The notes under the pieces are model-generated. The model was not told the origin of the DNA. It saw only the letters and a list, made by a program, of their open reading frames with translations, and made no database searches. A stretch of 64,000 nt of DNA, from the NCBI GenBank assembly GCA_028823175.1, contig JAPKBZ010000007.1:8496-72495 (forward strand). The letters run 5' to 3'. Of this stretch, positions 60,996-64,000 are shown piece by piece; position 1 is the first letter of the stretch; every line of letters starts with the position of its first letter. Position numbers and translations under genes: made by a program. Source of the stretch: Myxococcota bacterium (lineage in GTDB: Bacteria > Myxococcota_A > UBA9160 > UBA4427).

Positions 60996-62651
60996 TCAGC
61001 TGCCCAGAACGGCGCGGCCGATGACCTTGAGTTCGAGGATCGGCTTGACCCCCTCGAAGATCGGCAGCACCGTGGCATCGACCACGTAGCGGCTGATCGG
61101 GTATTCCTCAGCGTAGCCCCAGCCCCCGTGCATCAACTGGCCCTGTTGGGTGACATCCACGGCGACGTCGCAGGCGAGAAGCTTCGCCTGGGCCGCGAGG
61201 GGTGAAGCCGCTCGTTCGTCCTCGTCGAAGGCCCTGGCAGCGGCGTAGGTGATGGCCCGAGCTCCAGCGAGCTTGGCCTGCATGCGACCGAGGGTGTACT
61301 GGGTCAATTGGAACTCCGAGATGGCCTGGCCGAATTGTTCGCGATCGACGACGTATTTGGCGGTCTCCTCGATCGCTGCCTGGCCGAGGCCGCAAGCGCG
61401 CCCCCCCGTCTGCAGCCGCCCGGCGGCGAACCCCGCCATCTGGAGTTGGAAGCCCCTGCCCTCGCCCGCTTCACCACCCACCAAATTCTCGCCGGCGACG
61501 AAGTAGTTCTCGAATTGGAGCGTGAAAGAGTGCATGCCCCGGTAGCCTGGGGTGGCGTCCGCCTTGCCCGAGAGCTTGCCGCCGCCCTCCTGGGTGCACT
61601 CAAAGTCGTGCCCCGTGAACGATTCCTTGGGCACGATAAAAAGGGAGAGCCCCCGGGCGCCCTTGCTGGGGTCGGGATCGGTGCGGGCGAGAACGGCGAG
61701 CACATTGGCTCGCCCAGCGAAGGTGCACCACGCCTTGGGGCCGTTGATCACCCAGCCCTCCTGGCCCGCGACGGTGGCTCGCTCGGCCCGGCACTTGGCT
61801 CCAGCCACGTTGCTCCCGATTCCCGGCTCGGTCACTGAAATCCCCACCATTATTTCGCCCGAAGCCAGGCGCGGGAGCCATTCGCCCTTTTGCTTGGCGG
61901 TGCCTCCGCCCATCAGCGCTTTGGTCAGAATCTCGGGCCGGGTGATGAGGGAACCCGCCGCGGCCAACGAGGCTCTCGAGAGTTCCTCGGTGGTGAGGAT
62001 CATGGCGAGATTTCCCATCTCGACGCCGCCGTACTCCTCGGGAACCGAAAGGCCGAAAAAACCGAGCTCGGCCATTTTGGTAATGAATTCTTCGGGGACG
62101 AGATCGTCGTTGCGGTGGATATGCTCGGCGTGGGGCATGATCTCGTTTGCCCCAAATTCCCGGACCTGCTCCCGGACCTGCTCGTGCATCTCGTCGAGGG
62201 GGTAGTCGTTGACCCCCCGGCTCGCGATCACATGGGCGCCGATTTCGCGACAGAGGGATTCGCTGTTGGCTCTGCGCAAAAGTTGACGGACCTCGGCGGG
62301 AAACGCGGCTTCGATACCCTCGTCACCGATCCCGAGCTCGTCGGCCGAGTCAGAAAGACGGCTGCGCAGTCCCTCCACGAGTTGTCCCACGGCGGCTACG
62401 GTCGTCTTCTCGAACATCGGCCCGCCCCGCCCCTCGGCGAGAATCTCCTGGCTGGCAACGATGAGCTCGTGGGCGGCGACGGCCTCGGTGGCCGCATAGG
62501 CGATTCGTTCGGTGGCGACCTGGTGATCGTCGATTCGTTTGCCCCCCTCGGTCAGGGATTTGCCGGCCTCGATGGCTTTCTCGAGTAGCCGAGTGGCGGC
62601 ATCGAGCAGGGTCTGAGTTTCTTTGAGGGTGGGGTGCGCGAGGGTCGTCAT
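60996..62651 (-). CDS. Acyl-CoA dehydrogenase with a helical N-terminal extension of about 170 aa
   Basis: ACAD core (SVTEPGIGSNVA, GFQLQMAGFAAGRL, IFEGVKPILELKVIGR). ATG 62651 has an AGGAAGGA RBS. Confidence 0.85.
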   Translation of the reverse strand: MTTLAHPTLKETQTLLDAATRLLEKAIEAGKSLTEGGKRIDDHQVATERIAYAATEAVAAHELIVASQEILAEGRGGPMFEKTTVAAVGQLVEGLRSRLSDSADELGIGDEGIEAAFPAEVRQLLRRANSESLCREIGAHVIASRGVNDYPLDEMHEQVREQVREFGANEIMPHAEHIHRNDDLVPEEFITKMAELGFFGLSVPEEYGGVEMGNLAMILTTEELSRASLAAAGSLITRPEILTKALMGGGTAKQKGEWLPRLASGEIMVGISVTEPGIGSNVAGAKCRAERATVAGQEGWVINGPKAWCTFAGRANVLAVLARTDPDPSKGARGLSLFIVPKESFTGHDFECTQEGGGKLSGKADATPGYRGMHSFTLQFENYFVAGENLVGGEAGEGRGFQLQMAGFAAGRLQTGGRACGLGQAAIEETAKYVVDREQFGQAISEFQLTQYTLGRMQAKLAGARAITYAAARAFDEDERAASPLAAQAKLLACDVAVDVTQQGQLMHGGWGYAEEYPISRYVVDATVLPIFEGVKPILELKVIGRAVLGS

Positions 62652-62943
62652 CCTGCTGGGTCCTTCCTGTTCACGGGTCGATTGTTGACTGCCGGGACCG
62701 GGGGATGCCGGCCCTGGCGGAAGCTCGCCGCCTGGCGCCGGACCGGGACCCCCTGAGACCAAGATCTAAGGGTTTGGGGGGGCGTTCGGGCCGTGCGATG
62801 GCGTTTCGGGCGGCACGCGGAGTCGCCGTCCCTACCCGGTCCGCGTACGTGGATCGCGGGTTCTCGACGATAGCGCAGCGGCGCCGAGGGAACTGGATTT
62901 ACCCCCGAAATTCGAGGGATCCAGGGCGGGATTCAGGCCTGGA

Positions 62944-63732
62944 TCAGGCATCCGGTTCGAAGAATTCGGCGACCTGTTCTACGAGCGCCGGGCTGCCGAA
63001 GATCAGGTCGAGCTTGTCCCGGGCTCCACGAAGGGTCACGCATGCCCCTCCGGCTTCGACGGCCAGGAGTTGGGTGGCCGCCGCATCCCAGGGGTTGAGA
63101 TCGCAGTCGACCATGACGTCCAGGGCCCCCGAGAGCGCCAGGGCGTGGCCGAAAGCGTCGGTGTAGCTGCGGACCAAGGGAATCGCCGAGAGCATGCGTT
63201 CGAGAGCGGCCTGTCGCCCTGCCCACTCGAAGCAGATTCGGTCGCCGGTGCCGGCCAGGCTTTGCCCGAGATCGGCTTGGTCCGAGACCTGAACGAGTTG
63301 TCCGTTGCGTCGGCAGCCCGCGCCCTTCCAGCCTACGTAGCGCTCATCGAGGGCGGGCAAGTCGATGATCCCAAGGACGGGGGCGTCGTCCTCGATCAAG
63401 GCGATGAGGGTGCCGAAGAGCGGGATCCCCCGGGAGAATGCGATGGTGCCGTCGATGGGATCCACAATCCAGCGCGGTCCCTGGCCGCTGCCTTCGGTCT
63501 CCCCGTACTCCTCTCCGAGAAGGCCAAAATCCGGGTAAGCGGACAGCAGGGTCTGCCGGATGCTCCTCTCCGCCGCTCGATCGGCTTCGGTGACGGGTGA
63601 GCCATCGGCCTTGATTTCTACGCCGACCTTGCGGAAGCGCGGAAGGATCTCCCGGCGTGCGAGGTCGCAGGCGTGCGAGGCCACCCGGGCGGCTTCTTCG
63701 AGGTCCAGGCTCGTCATGGCCCAAGCATACAA
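62944..63732 (-). CDS. Inositol monophosphatase family protein
   Basis: LGEEYG, WIVDPIDGT and WDAAA motifs. The start is ATG 63732 or 63717. Confidence 0.85.
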   Translation of the reverse strand: MYAWAMTSLDLEEAARVASHACDLARREILPRFRKVGVEIKADGSPVTEADRAAERSIRQTLLSAYPDFGLLGEEYGETEGSGQGPRWIVDPIDGTIAFSRGIPLFGTLIALIEDDAPVLGIIDLPALDERYVGWKGAGCRRNGQLVQVSDQADLGQSLAGTGDRICFEWAGRQAALERMLSAIPLVRSYTDAFGHALALSGALDVMVDCDLNPWDAAATQLLAVEAGGACVTLRGARDKLDLIFGSPALVEQVAEFFEPDA

Positions 63733-63792
63733 CGCGTGGGCGTGATGGGGAGCGGCGCCGGGAGATCGCCCGGATGGCCGTATGGGCCTATC

Positions 63793-64000
63793 ATGTTCTT
63801 CATGGATGCCTCCTCTCGCACCACCCCGGTCGAAATTCGCCAGAGCAGTCCGACGCAGCTGAGTATTCGCTGGGCCGATGGGGTGGAGAGCCTCTATCCG
63901 GTCAGGGAATTGAGACTGGCCTGCGCGTGCGCGCTCTGTGTCGACGAGTGGACCGGGGACAGCAAGCTCGATGCCGCGGAGATTTCCGCCGACGTCCGCC
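63793..64000 (+). CDS. DUF971 (gamma-butyrobetaine hydroxylase N-terminal-like) protein; the 3' end lies outside the window
   Basis: My own translation from ATG 63793 is MFFMDASSRTTPVEIRQSSPTQLSIRWADGVESLYPVRELRLACACALCVDEWTG.., which fits the DUF971 pattern (W.DG..S.Y....LR..C.CA.C). It runs off the right edge. Confidence 0.7.
   Translation, partial: MFFMDASSRTTPVEIRQSSPTQLSIRWADGVESLYPVRELRLACACALCVDEWTGDSKLDAAEISADVR

Overview
GC-rich bacterial chromosomal segment with strong GC3 codon bias. It is densely packed with about 60 protein genes on both strands. I recognised no rRNA, tRNA, CRISPR array, integrase or transposase. Most genes are housekeeping or metabolic: cysE, aroB, fur, rfbAC, comM, folC, mutS2, murQ, amtB-glnK (with a sigma54 promoter), argD, nth, gor. 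A large CoA-centred catabolic cluster lies at about 35.9-45.8 kb; it encodes two SDRs, an acyl-CoA dehydrogenase, a crotonase, a PEP-mutase/ICL-family enzyme, TesB, a tandem-fused family III CoA-transferase and an LLM oxidoreductase. The gene content (many CaiB, ACAD, LLM and SDR genes) resembles Deltaproteobacteria/Myxococcota or Binatota-like lineages, but taxonomy cannot be settled from sequence alone. The most unusual feature is a complete type IIB topoisomerase (Topo VI B+A) operon at 16.0-19.2 kb. Both subunits carry N-terminal Lys/Ala-rich histone-H1-like tails of about 75 aa. The operon is preceded by a small acidic ORF and an AT-rich promoter region. Other points worth a second look: a LysW-like zinc-ribbon acidic miniprotein translationally coupled to fur; a 438-bp repeat-rich intergenic region followed by a lower-GC NRDE gene and a Cys-rich basic miniprotein; a secreted cluster of a degenerate M28-like protein, a VWA protein and a DxDxDG-repeat protein; a lipoprotein operon ending in a Tat-signal Fe-S aldo/keto reductase; and a stand-alone E2/CAT-like acyltransferase whose catalytic His is replaced by Glu. 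All functional calls come from motif recognition by eye. No database search was run.
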